A stretch of DNA of 25,403 nt from a virus: the IMG/VR virus record IMGVR_UViG_3300037461_000726, positions 66,973 through 92,375 of that record; one strand, 5' to 3'. Both the position numbers and the translations under genes were made by a program. The notes beneath the pieces are model-generated. The model saw nothing but the letters and a program-made list of their open reading frames with translations. It was not told the DNA's origin and searched no databases. Shown here one piece after another: positions 17,560 to 25,403 of this stretch; position 1 is the first letter of the stretch; the number at the start of each line of letters is the position of its first letter.

Positions 17560-20500
17560 GATAATTTTATTTACGTCATATTTTTGTCCTAAAAATGAAA
17601 TAAGGCAAAAGGAAATTGACGATTGTTTACAAAAAAACATAAACAACCCTTTAATAAATGAAGTTTATTTATTCTTGGACGATAAATTTTTACCTAAAAA
17701 GTTTAAATCCAATAAGGTGAAAATCGCTAAGTCCGAATGTAGGCCAACTTATAAAGATTACATCGAATTCATAAATAAAAATAAGAAGTTTGAAACCTCC
17801 TATAACATCATATCCAACACTGACATCTACTTTGATGAGAGCTTAAAACTGATTCGAAAAATAGAGATGGACAATACTTGTATTGTCCTTGACAGATGGG
17901 ATGTAAAGGAAAATGGAGGGGCCGAATTTATAGATTCATCGGGCTCTCAAGATGTGTGGATTTTTAAGGGCAAGGTAAAGGAAGAACTAGGCGAATTGTC
18001 TGATTTTCCCTTAGGAAAAGGTTGTTGTGATAATGTCTTTTTATATAACATTTTTATAACAGATTACTACGCCGGGTGTCCAGCTTTGGATATTAAAGCT
18101 TACCATTTACACATTTCCAAATACAGAACTTATCAAGAGTACACACTGGAAAATGGACATGGCCCGGATAGGGTACTTGGGAATCACATGTACATAGCTC
18201 CTACAGGATTTCAAAAAGTGTTTAGGAAAGAGTATTATGACACTCATCATCCTTTATATTTGAAGAAGCACAGAAATGATTACGGGTTTAAACTCTCTTC
18301 CGAGATAATTTTACATCCGTGGAATTTAGAAGAAAAAAGGATATTTGAAGGAAGAGAAAAGAAAATACTGGAACAGTGGAAAAAACAGGAAGAAGAAATT
18401 TTTATGTACGCGGCGGTTAAAAGGCCCAAAACAGTTTCCTTATTTACGTCCTATTGGAATACGGGCAATGAGGAAAGACAGGAAGAAATTCTTCTTTGTC
18501 TGGAGAACAACATTAGGAACCAAAGAATCGATAAAATATATCTGTTATGTGAAACAGAACTTGAAATTTCTGATAGTAAAGTTAAAGTAATACCGGTAAA
18601 GAAAAGACCTACATACAATGACTTCTTTAAAGTAATGAATGAAGTTAGGTCAGAAGTAAGTATTTTAGCTAATGCGGACATTTATTTTGACGATACGTTG
18701 GAACAAGTTAAATATATTAAGGGAAACGATTGCTTTGCCCTTTCAAGATGGGATGACAAGGAAGACGGGCAAAGTATTTTATATGACCATGCCGATAGTC
18801 AGGACGTGTGGATTTTTAGAGGTATAATACACAATAAAATAAAAGCCGATTTTGAAATGGGTCAATTGGGCTGCGACAATAGATTGGCCCATGAGTTGTA
18901 TGTTGTAGGTTACGGCGTTTCAAATCCGGCGTTTACAATCAGGGCGCATCATGTTCATAAAATTGAAAACAAACATGCCATAGAAAATAGGGTCCCTGAG
19001 CCTTATAAACATGTACATTTAAAAGAAATAGTACCGTTTCTTTCGATAGTGACAAGACATTATTATAAAAGGCCTTGGTCGTTTAAACAATGTTGTGATA
19101 GCGTTTTAGCGCAAGATGACCAAGACTATGAACATGTGGTAATAAGAGACGATGTGGGTATCGGCTCTCATAAAGCGAATAGGTTATTTGTTAATAACAT
19201 GGATGAGGTGAATGGTCGATATGTGTTTATGTTAGACGATGATGACATGTTAACAAATGAAAAGTTTATAAGTGACTTAAAAGAGGTAGTTGAGAAACAT
19301 GACCCGGACATTATTTTCGTTAAAATGTTGGCCGGTAAATTGGTAATTCCGACTGAAAAAGTCTGGGGTAAGGAGGAGATATTAAGCGGTCATGTGGGAA
19401 CTTCCTGTGTAGTTGTTAAGAACAGTTTATGGAAAGAATGTATAGATAGCTTTTCCGAAGAGCAAATAGGAGATTTCCGGTTCATTCAAAATGTGTTCGA
19501 AAAAACCAAAAGCGTAGTTTGGTTGAATGAGTTGTATAGCAAAACTATAAGGGTAAGTAACGGAGCCCCTGAGATGGAGGTTGAAATGAACGAAAAAATC
19601 ACAGGGTTAGTAGTGACACACAACACTAAAGAGTTGATTGAAAGGGCCTACAATTCTGTAAGAAGATTTCATCATAACATGAAAATAATCATAATAGATG
19701 GCTCCAGTGGAGACAACCCTTGCTACAATTACGTAGAAAGCTTGGCAGATGAAAATACTAGGGTTTTCCACGCAAAAACAAACATAGGTCACGGCCATGG
19801 ATTGAGCGCCGGGATTGAATACGTTGATACACCATACGTTTTAATTTTTGATTCAGATGTTGAAGTGATAAATTCTCCTGTTGAAGAGATGTTAAAATTA
19901 ATGGAGGATGACACCTGGGGAGTTGGGTATTCTGAGCCAACCGACATCGGGGGCCACGAATGGGGCTCAAGAAAAGGAGTAATGACAGAAGGGCCGATGA
20001 AATATTTACATCCTTATTTTTGTTTAATTCAGGTAAAAGAATACAGAAAATATTCGCCGTTTATTCATCACGGAGCCCCGGCAGTTCAAGCGATGCTTGA
20101 CATTTATAGAAGGGGTCTGTCAGATAAAGTGTTAAAAGAGTTTGAAGGACTAGGGCATACGTCAAGTTCCGGGTGGACATGGAAAGGAAAACCAAGCAAG
20201 TGGGTCCGTCATGACACAAGGGGAACAAGGGATGTCGTTAAAAAAAGACTAAAAAAAGAGGAAATTGAAGGAAAGTGGGATAAAATAATAGACCTAGGGC
20301 CGCAAATTCAAAATGATGAAAACATAACTTGTATTACATGCACTGGAGATAGATTATTAACTTTTTCATTGTGTAAAAGATGGATAGAAAATCAAACAGT
20401 AAAACCGAAACAATGGATTATCGTTGATGACGGAAAAACACCTTTGAACAAAGAAACTCTTCCCGCGTTTGCGAAGTATGTAAGAAGAGAACCACAATCA

Positions 20501-21220
20501 ACGGACCCGAAACATACGATGATTTTAAACATGAAGGAAGCTATAAAGCATATTGAAGGAGACAAAATAATCATCTGGGAAGATGACGAATATTACGCTC
20601 CGAAATACATTGAGGTCTTATCTAAAAAATTGGACCAATATGAAATCGTGGGAGTGGGAAGAAGCAAATATTACCATTTGGCCAATAATACTTACCATGC
20701 ACACCCAAACATGGGGCATGCTTCCTTGGCACAAACTTGCTTTAGAAAATCGTTTCTACAGGACTTTATTGATATTTTAGATGGTGATTCATTTCTAGAT
20801 ATCAGAATTTGGAAGATGATGAACGGAAATGACGTTACCCTTAAAGAAACAGGATTACACGAAAGAGTTACAAATGATAAGCGTGGTTTGATATTTAGTG
20901 ATAAAGAAGAAAGCATATATGTCGGGATGAAAGGTCTCCCCGGAAGAGACGGTATCGGGGCCGGTCATAAGGGAATGGGTACAAAAGACAGTAACAGAGA
21001 AGTATTAAGAAAATGGATTGTAAGAGAAAACGATTTTGGTCTATATAAAGGAATGATTTCAAGTGGCCCGGTTGAAAACAAGGTTATAAAGCCAGTGTCG
21101 CGGCCTGTTGTCACAAGACCGGCAACGGCACCGCAACCGTCCATTGTAAAACAGCAACCAAGTTTTGTAAGAAGACCTGAAACATTAAGAAGAGTGTCTA
21201 CTATTAGTAGGCACAGATAA
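17552..21220 (+). CDS. Multidomain glycosyltransferase with five GT-A-like domains and a basic Pro-rich tail
   Basis: Two homologous domains (N.DIYFD..RWD..SQDVWIF..CDN) followed by three GT2-like domains with LDDDD, FDSD and WEDDEYY motifs. GAGG RBS supports ATG 17552 over 17507. Confidence 0.8.
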   Translation: MDKIILFTSYFCPKNEIRQKEIDDCLQKNINNPLINEVYLFLDDKFLPKKFKSNKVKIAKSECRPTYKDYIEFINKNKKFETSYNIISNTDIYFDESLKLIRKIEMDNTCIVLDRWDVKENGGAEFIDSSGSQDVWIFKGKVKEELGELSDFPLGKGCCDNVFLYNIFITDYYAGCPALDIKAYHLHISKYRTYQEYTLENGHGPDRVLGNHMYIAPTGFQKVFRKEYYDTHHPLYLKKHRNDYGFKLSSEIILHPWNLEEKRIFEGREKKILEQWKKQEEEIFMYAAVKRPKTVSLFTSYWNTGNEERQEEILLCLENNIRNQRIDKIYLLCETELEISDSKVKVIPVKKRPTYNDFFKVMNEVRSEVSILANADIYFDDTLEQVKYIKGNDCFALSRWDDKEDGQSILYDHADSQDVWIFRGIIHNKIKADFEMGQLGCDNRLAHELYVVGYGVSNPAFTIRAHHVHKIENKHAIENRVPEPYKHVHLKEIVPFLSIVTRHYYKRPWSFKQCCDSVLAQDDQDYEHVVIRDDVGIGSHKANRLFVNNMDEVNGRYVFMLDDDDMLTNEKFISDLKEVVEKHDPDIIFVKMLAGKLVIPTEKVWGKEEILSGHVGTSCVVVKNSLWKECIDSFSEEQIGDFRFIQNVFEKTKSVVWLNELYSKTIRVSNGAPEMEVEMNEKITGLVVTHNTKELIERAYNSVRRFHHNMKIIIIDGSSGDNPCYNYVESLADENTRVFHAKTNIGHGHGLSAGIEYVDTPYVLIFDSDVEVINSPVEEMLKLMEDDTWGVGYSEPTDIGGHEWGSRKGVMTEGPMKYLHPYFCLIQVKEYRKYSPFIHHGAPAVQAMLDIYRRGLSDKVLKEFEGLGHTSSSGWTWKGKPSKWVRHDTRGTRDVVKKRLKKEEIEGKWDKIIDLGPQIQNDENITCITCTGDRLLTFSLCKRWIENQTVKPKQWIIVDDGKTPLNKETLPAFAKYVRREPQSTDPKHTMILNMKEAIKHIEGDKIIIWEDDEYYAPKYIEVLSKKLDQYEIVGVGRSKYYHLANNTYHAHPNMGHASLAQTCFRKSFLQDFIDILDGDSFLDIRIWKMMNGNDVTLKETGLHERVTNDKRGLIFSDKEESIYVGMKGLPGRDGIGAGHKGMGTKDSNREVLRKWIVRENDFGLYKGMISSGPVENKVIKPVSRPVVTRPATAPQPSIVKQQPSFVRRPETLRRVSTISRHR

Positions 21221-21259
21221 CATGTCGAAGGAATTTCGGGGGTGATTCCTTTCGATGTG
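21221..21259 (+). other. RNA hairpin directly after the last late-gene stop codon
   Basis: CATGTCGAAGGAAT (21221-21234) pairs with ATTCCTTTCGATGTG (21245-21259): 14 pairs including two G-U, plus one bulge. Confidence 0.6.
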
Positions 21260-21261
21260 GG

Positions 21262-21306
21262 TGGCAGTGGAGTTTCCTTTCCTTTTCTCCACTGCCATTT
21301 TTATTT
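21262..21306 (+). terminator. Rho-independent terminator between convergent operons
   Basis: Perfect 11-bp stem TGGCAGTGGAG (21262-21272) / CTCCACTGCCA (21287-21297), 14-nt loop, then TTTTTATTT. Confidence 0.85.
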
Positions 21307-21513
21307 AAAAATATCCTCTGTAATTTCATTTATTACCGGGACATCACAATAAACAGATGCACTTCTAAGGACAATTGATAAAGTGTTATTTTTTCCTGCT
21401 ATTGTAAATTTAGTTACGGACTGATGATTTATTTTCACTTCATAACGATGATAACAACCATCTTTCTTTTGTTGGTCAGTTAGTTCATGGTCTCTATTTA
21501 TTATTGCAATCAT
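21301..21513 (-). CDS. Hypothetical protein
   Basis: ATGA overlap with the upstream - strand gene. Ends at the terminator. Confidence 0.55.
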   Translation of the reverse strand: MIAIINRDHELTDQQKKDGCYHRYEVKINHQSVTKFTIAGKNNTLSIVLRSASVYCDVPVINEITEDIFK

Positions 21514-21914
21514 TGTATCGTACTCGTTGCCAAGACTATTTTTCTTTCTTCGCAGACAAGGAAATCGATTAATGTTATCTCTTCCATGGTCAGTTTAACA
21601 GAAGCCAATTTTGATACTTCTATTTGGTTTATTGTCGCTTCAAACTCCATGGGCATCAACTTATTATATTCTTCTACAAACTCAGGCGAAAAATTTGTTA
21701 GTTTGTATGTTCCGTTTTCTTGCTTTTCGCCGTATTTAACAATTAAATCGTTTCTCTTCTGTTCGATTTCCTTGCAACCTTTAGCGATACTCACCAGATT
21801 TCTTTTTAGCCAGTAAGCTACATCAGCCGGTAAAGGAGCTTTCATTAGTTTTTCAATCACCTTCTGAGCATTGCTAATTACACCATAAGCCATTTTTACT
21901 GTTTCACCTTGCAT
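21510..21914 (-). CDS. Hypothetical phage protein (DUF1617-like)
   Basis: KL...LP..VAYWL.RN..EQKRNDLIVKYG pattern. AAGGAG RBS. Confidence 0.6.
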   Translation of the reverse strand: MQGETVKMAYGVISNAQKVIEKLMKAPLPADVAYWLKRNLVSIAKGCKEIEQKRNDLIVKYGEKQENGTYKLTNFSPEFVEEYNKLMPMEFEATINQIEVSKLASVKLTMEEITLIDFLVCEERKIVLATSTIQ

Positions 21915-21915
21915 T

Positions 21916-22161
21916 TCAATTCTCCTTTATCGGTTTTATTTTTTCTTTAAAATTAAACACAGGCTTGAATAACGGGTGCCCCTGTATCAACAAAGGTAAC
22001 AATTGTTCTGCTGTACCCGTAAACATTTGGCCCTCCGGATTGACAACCAACCACTTGTCGTTTTTAGGGATGGCCTTTAACTTTTCCGTGGCCTCCATTA
22101 AGATTTCTTTTGTTAACGGCGGTTGCCCCCATATCGTTGAGGTGGTTGCGTTATCGGCCAT
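21916..22161 (-). CDS. Hypothetical protein
   Basis: Packed within the - strand operon. AAGGA RBS. Confidence 0.55.
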   Translation of the reverse strand: MADNATTSTIWGQPPLTKEILMEATEKLKAIPKNDKWLVVNPEGQMFTGTAEQLLPLLIQGHPLFKPVFNFKEKIKPIKEN

Positions 22162-22333
22162 CTTTATTTTCCTTTTTTCTTAATTTAAATTTGGTTTTAT
22201 TCGCTGTTGGACAACTCATTCCGCGATGTTTCCCAAAACGAAGCCCGCAAATGGCACATTTTGTATTTCCCATCTCATCAGTCCAAGTCTGATATTTAAG
22301 ACTCTCTTTAAAATTCTTTAATGTCGGCTTCAT
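22151..22333 (-). CDS. Small basic protein with possible Zn finger (CAIC..H..C)
   Basis: GAGG RBS before ATG 22333. Contains CAICGLRFGKHRGMSC. Confidence 0.55.
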   Translation of the reverse strand: MKPTLKNFKESLKYQTWTDEMGNTKCAICGLRFGKHRGMSCPTANKTKFKLRKKENKDGR

Positions 22334-22344
22334 TTTAATTTTCC

Positions 22345-22554
22345 TCACCACCTCTTTGTTGTAAAGGTAAAGGTGTTAACTGTGTATCTTTTGTTGTCAT
22401 TCATACCTTTCCACAAATCATTCCAATACAACTTGATAAGTTTGACAACTGTGCTCTCTATCAATACACAGACTCCCAACACCCAAGGAATCATGAATAA
22501 CATTGCGGTCAACAAGCCGTTGTATTGTATGAACTCAGTCAGGAACTTTTCCAT
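22345..22554 (-). CDS. Small membrane protein
   Basis: Hydrophobic LLTAMLFMIPWVLGVCVLI. AGGAG RBS. Start overlaps the upstream stop. Confidence 0.55.
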   Translation of the reverse strand: MEKFLTEFIQYNGLLTAMLFMIPWVLGVCVLIESTVVKLIKLYWNDLWKGMNDNKRYTVNTFTFTTKRW

Positions 22555-22769
22555 TATTTTCTCCTTTGCCTGTCCCGGAGCCGTTTTCTAATCGCAAAGG
22601 CATCAACCCGTTCAATTGGTGACCTAATAGACAGGCTTACACAATTATGTTGTGGTTTGAAATACTTACTCAGGTAGACAAAACCAGTGCTTGCACAGTC
22701 AGGACATATATTCCCGTCCTCATATATAGAGTCACAGTTAAGACATATCTTTGCTGTGGATACTTTCAT
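22554..22769 (-). CDS. Small zinc-ribbon protein
   Basis: CLNC..CPDC motif pair. Confidence 0.6.
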   Translation of the reverse strand: MKVSTAKICLNCDSIYEDGNICPDCASTGFVYLSKYFKPQHNCVSLSIRSPIERVDAFAIRKRLRDRQRRK

Positions 22770-23008
22770 TTACTATCCTTCAAAGGTTCTATACCTTCAT
22801 CTATAAAATGAGTTTCACAAACTGAGCACCTTCTTATATTGATAGTATAAACCCATCCATCAGGTACTCCTATCTTTCCATGCCAGAGCAACTTTCCTAT
22901 TTGAACAGACTTATCCCACGGGTGCCTGCAGAATACTCTCCTGATAACGTCCCACCAAGTTAACTTTAACGTACGCTTAGAGTCTTTGATTTCTTCCATT
23001 AAATTCAT
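22766..23008 (-). CDS. Small protein with C-x-H and CxxC putative metal-binding motifs
   Basis: FCRHPW..RRCSVC. GGGAG RBS and ATGA overlap support start 23008. Confidence 0.55.
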   Translation of the reverse strand: MNLMEEIKDSKRTLKLTWWDVIRRVFCRHPWDKSVQIGKLLWHGKIGVPDGWVYTINIRRCSVCETHFIDEGIEPLKDSK

Positions 23009-23181
23009 ACTTTCTCCCAATCATTATAAATTCCAACCACTATAAACCCCAAATAAACTATACTTCCAATCGTAGTGGGAACTAATATTACCTTAAATAA
23101 TTGGTCATCTTTTATAATGAAAATTACCCACCACATACAAGTTAAAATTACTGTTATAAATGTAACTATAAATAATTTCAT
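23005..23181 (-). CDS. Small two-TM membrane protein
   Basis: Two hydrophobic helices. ATGA overlap supports start 23181. Confidence 0.55.
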   Translation of the reverse strand: MKLFIVTFITVILTCMWWVIFIIKDDQLFKVILVPTTIGSIVYLGFIVVGIYNDWEKV

Positions 23182-23369
23182 TTGTCCTGCTCCTTGCATT
23201 CATCACAGACGTTCTTTGGCATTTCCCATTTCAAGATTACTTCTTCCCGCTTATCGGGCCAAATGTCCTTAGCTGTTCGCGTTCCAAACCAAGCAGCCAT
23301 ACCCAACAAATATGCAATTACAATCCAAACCGATGCATTCTTAATCATGTTCTTAATTGTTTCTTTCAT
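23178..23369 (-). CDS. Small single-TM membrane protein
   Basis: VWIVIAYLLGMAAWFG TM segment and C-terminal CDEC. GAGG RBS before ATG 23369. Confidence 0.55.
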   Translation of the reverse strand: MKETIKNMIKNASVWIVIAYLLGMAAWFGTRTAKDIWPDKREEVILKWEMPKNVCDECKEQDK

Positions 23370-23370
23370 T

Positions 23371-23688
23371 TTAAGCCTCATCCATGTGTATCAGGTTTAA
23401 TTTGGCAAACACCAATTTACGCATGTCCTTAAGGTGTTCTTGTGTTGCTCTTAGTGCACCTGCAGACCCGCTTCCCTCAGTCGGCCTTAAACCGCAATTC
23501 CACAAATCGTCCATCAAAGTTTGAGCTTCATTCATCTTTAATTCAAAAGTCGGTTTTACGGCTTCCCCCTCAACTATCGTTTTCATTGTAACTGCAATCC
23601 CAACAGAATTTCCGCTTTTGATTAAAAATTCCACCCCTCTACTCCAAGGGGCCAATATAGCCCTTACTTCAACTTTGTCATCAAACAT
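23371..23688 (-). CDS. Hypothetical phage protein
   Basis: Protein-like sequence (AQTLMDDLWNCGLRPTEG..HLKDMRKLV). GGAG RBS. Confidence 0.65.
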   Translation of the reverse strand: MFDDKVEVRAILAPWSRGVEFLIKSGNSVGIAVTMKTIVEGEAVKPTFELKMNEAQTLMDDLWNCGLRPTEGSGSAGALRATQEHLKDMRKLVFAKLNLIHMDEA

Positions 23689-23691
23689 GTC

Positions 23692-24315
23692 TTATTCTCC
23701 TATCAATTCTACCTTTGATGGTTTACCTTTTATCCTTGATATTTTCCAACTTCTATCCGCGATGTCTGACAACGTTTCATCATGGGTTACAATTATCATT
23801 TGTATGCCCATCTTACTAGAAACTTCTTTCATCATCGACACCGCTTTCCCGGTAAGGCCCCCGGTCCACCGGAAAGGTTCATCGAATATCAACACATTTC
23901 TGCTTTTCGGTTTTTCCAGTGACCACATCACGATTTTCAAGGCAAACGACACAACGTCTAACAGCGCCCCGCCCTGTTCATCTTCCGGTACATATGGCTC
24001 TTTATCTCCCTGTTGAACAAGCAAATTTATCTGCGGCTTATTCGATTGTAAAGTAAAGTCAACAATGAATTTGTATCCTTGGTCCGGGAACACCGATTGG
24101 ATTGCCAGCGTAACTAGCGACTCTACAAACTGCTTAAACTGCTCCTGTGTCACTCTGGAGGCCTCCGAAATCAGATTCCTAGCTTCCACCATATCATTTG
24201 TAACTCGTTCCAGTGCCTTTATGTCGGAACACTTATCACTTAATTGTTTACTCAACACGGAATGTTTAGCCTGTTGCCGGTTAACAATCGCCTTTAATTC
24301 GTTTAAAGTGGCCAT
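23692..24315 (-). CDS. SbcC/Rad50-like ABC ATPase, C-terminal half only
   Basis: Short coiled coil, signature-like QGG..DVVSFAL, Walker B VLIFDEPF and H-loop IIVTHD. No Walker A. Own AGGAG RBS. Confidence 0.8.
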   Translation of the reverse strand: MATLNELKAIVNRQQAKHSVLSKQLSDKCSDIKALERVTNDMVEARNLISEASRVTQEQFKQFVESLVTLAIQSVFPDQGYKFIVDFTLQSNKPQINLLVQQGDKEPYVPEDEQGGALLDVVSFALKIVMWSLEKPKSRNVLIFDEPFRWTGGLTGKAVSMMKEVSSKMGIQMIIVTHDETLSDIADRSWKISRIKGKPSKVELIGE

Positions 24316-24324
24316 TTATTTCTC

Positions 24325-24573
24325 CTATAACAGATGTTTGTATTTCTTTTCAAAAGTAGCCGTGGCCTTTGTAAGATCATTTCTCAATTTTTCGATTTTC
24401 TTTTCATAATCTTTCAACTGTTTTTGGGCCGCGACATCGCTTGAAAAACCAAACTTATCTTTGAGTGTTTTCAATACCGTGTTATAGGAACCGTTGGCCT
24501 GATCAAACGATGACTGCAATCTACCTAACACCTTTTTAAATCCCTGTATCTTTTCTCTTACGTCTTCAGCCAT
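24325..24573 (-). CDS. Small coiled-coil protein in the recombination nuclease locus
   Basis: Helical, Lys/Glu/Gln-rich sequence. GGGGGAG RBS. Lies between the nuclease and the ATPase half. Confidence 0.65.
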   Translation of the reverse strand: MAEDVREKIQGFKKVLGRLQSSFDQANGSYNTVLKTLKDKFGFSSDVAAQKQLKDYEKKIEKLRNDLTKATATFEKKYKHLL

Positions 24574-24574
24574 T

Positions 24575-25403
24575 TTATTTATCTCCCCCTGTTAAATATT
24601 CACTAACAATCTTCTTTACAGAATCTTTGGTTTTATTCTTTTTCATTATCATTGCCAAATTCTTCTCAAAACTGACCGACTTTTGTTCGTCTCCAGACTC
24701 CTTCACCTTTGCAATGAACAAGTCAAAATTGTGCTTCTTTTCTTTTTCTTTTTCCAAATGTTCCTTTGACATGACAACGGAAGCTTTTCCATGCGGAATT
24801 CCAACCCACTTCAAACTATTATCCTTTGTATCATAAACGTAAAATCCGGGCGCATGTTTCATCATCTGTTGAGATGCTTCCATTCTCAACATCACCCCGG
24901 TGTTACAAATCCATCTTTTGCCCTGTTTAACTTCAAAACGTTGGTGGGCATCGCCACACAATATCAAATCGAAGTCCTTATGTTCCTTTAAAAAGGAAGA
25001 TGCAAGCATGTATTCCTCTTGCTGGGCAAATTCCTTCTTTACCAATATCTGTTTATGAACAACAAGGATCTTCAGCCCCTTTCCATAACCGTCAACCTCA
25101 GGGATTTCTTCCCCATAAGAGGCCCCATAAATCTGATGTGTTCCCACATCTTTGTACTCTCCAACCAATATCGGGCAACTTGTCAACCGGGTCACTAACC
25201 CGGAACTTATCAACACTCCAAGGATCGTCTTTTCATTGGTCATATCATGATAATAGGAGTCGTGCTGTCCTAAAACGGTGTATAAATTCACTCCTTTTCT
25301 TTTCCATCGTTCCAAGAACTTGGCCAGTTTCTGCAACAATTCCCAGCTTCTTTTAATGTCAACCAAGTCTCCTGCTTGTAAAAGGTCATGAATATCGTTT
25401 TTT
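24575..25403 (-). CDS. SbcD/Mre11-like metallophosphoesterase nuclease (5'-partial)
   Basis: The frame stays open to the window edge (KNDIHDLLQAGDLVD). Motifs GDLVD, GQHD, VVH, GDAH and NTG. Confidence 0.8.
   Translation of the reverse strand, partial: KNDIHDLLQAGDLVDIKRSWELLQKLAKFLERWKRKGVNLYTVLGQHDSYYHDMTNEKTILGVLISSGLVTRLTSCPILVGEYKDVGTHQIYGASYGEEIPEVDGYGKGLKILVVHKQILVKKEFAQQEEYMLASSFLKEHKDFDLILCGDAHQRFEVKQGKRWICNTGVMLRMEASQQMMKHAPGFYVYDTKDNSLKWVGIPHGKASVVMSKEHLEKEKEKKHNFDLFIAKVKESGDEQKSVSFEKNLAMIMKKNKTKDSVKKIVSEYLTGGDK

Noticed and set aside
1897-20916. Short antisense or nested ORFs (e.g. 1897-2121, 2033-2359, 5759-5968, 6633-6971, 9942-10361, 11012-11248, 14383-14787, 16350-16712, 18345-18590)
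   Set aside because: They overlap well-supported + strand genes and show no recognisable motifs, so they are treated as shadow ORFs.
24316-24327. Stop-codon readthrough joining the 82-aa coiled coil to the ATPase half (same frame)
   Set aside because: The junction reads TAG-GAG-AAA-TAA-ATG, with two different stops and an AGGAG RBS, so these are separate genes.
21487-25356. + strand ORFs in the right-hand block (e.g. 21487-21816, 23618-24016, 24065-24409, 25000-25356)
   Set aside because: They are antisense to a tightly coupled - strand operon with good RBSs and lie downstream of the + strand terminator.
1-25403. Alternative genetic code (stop-codon reassignment)
   Set aside because: The standard code gives dense, full-length genes, with TAA, TGA and TAG all acting as stops at plausible gene boundaries.

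Overview
Fragment of a tailed dsDNA phage genome with a contractile (myovirus-type) baseplate. The host is inferred to be Gram-negative because an Rz/Rz1-like spanin pair is present. The + strand (1-21220) is one tightly packed late operon. It runs through the end of a probable tape-measure gene, a Dit-like gene, a baseplate plug fused to a ~975-aa adhesin-like extension, hub, gp138-like spike, wedge genes and tail fibre. Next comes an unexpected three-gene block (single-pass membrane coiled-coil protein, stand-alone PAS protein, membrane-anchored Pro-linker Ig-like protein) and a reordered lysis cassette (spanins, holin, signal-bearing lytic transglycosylase). The operon ends with an ~8.5 kb glycosyltransferase/methyltransferase cluster whose last gene encodes five GT-like domains. 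A double hairpin with a terminator (21221-21306) separates this from a convergent - strand block of small hypothetical genes, a stand-alone C-terminal half of an SbcC/Rad50 ATPase and an SbcD/Mre11-like nuclease. The best candidates for undescribed biology are the PAS-containing module next to the lysis genes, the late-expressed glycan-building/methylating cluster and the plug-adhesin fusion. All family calls come from motif recognition by eye; no searches were run.
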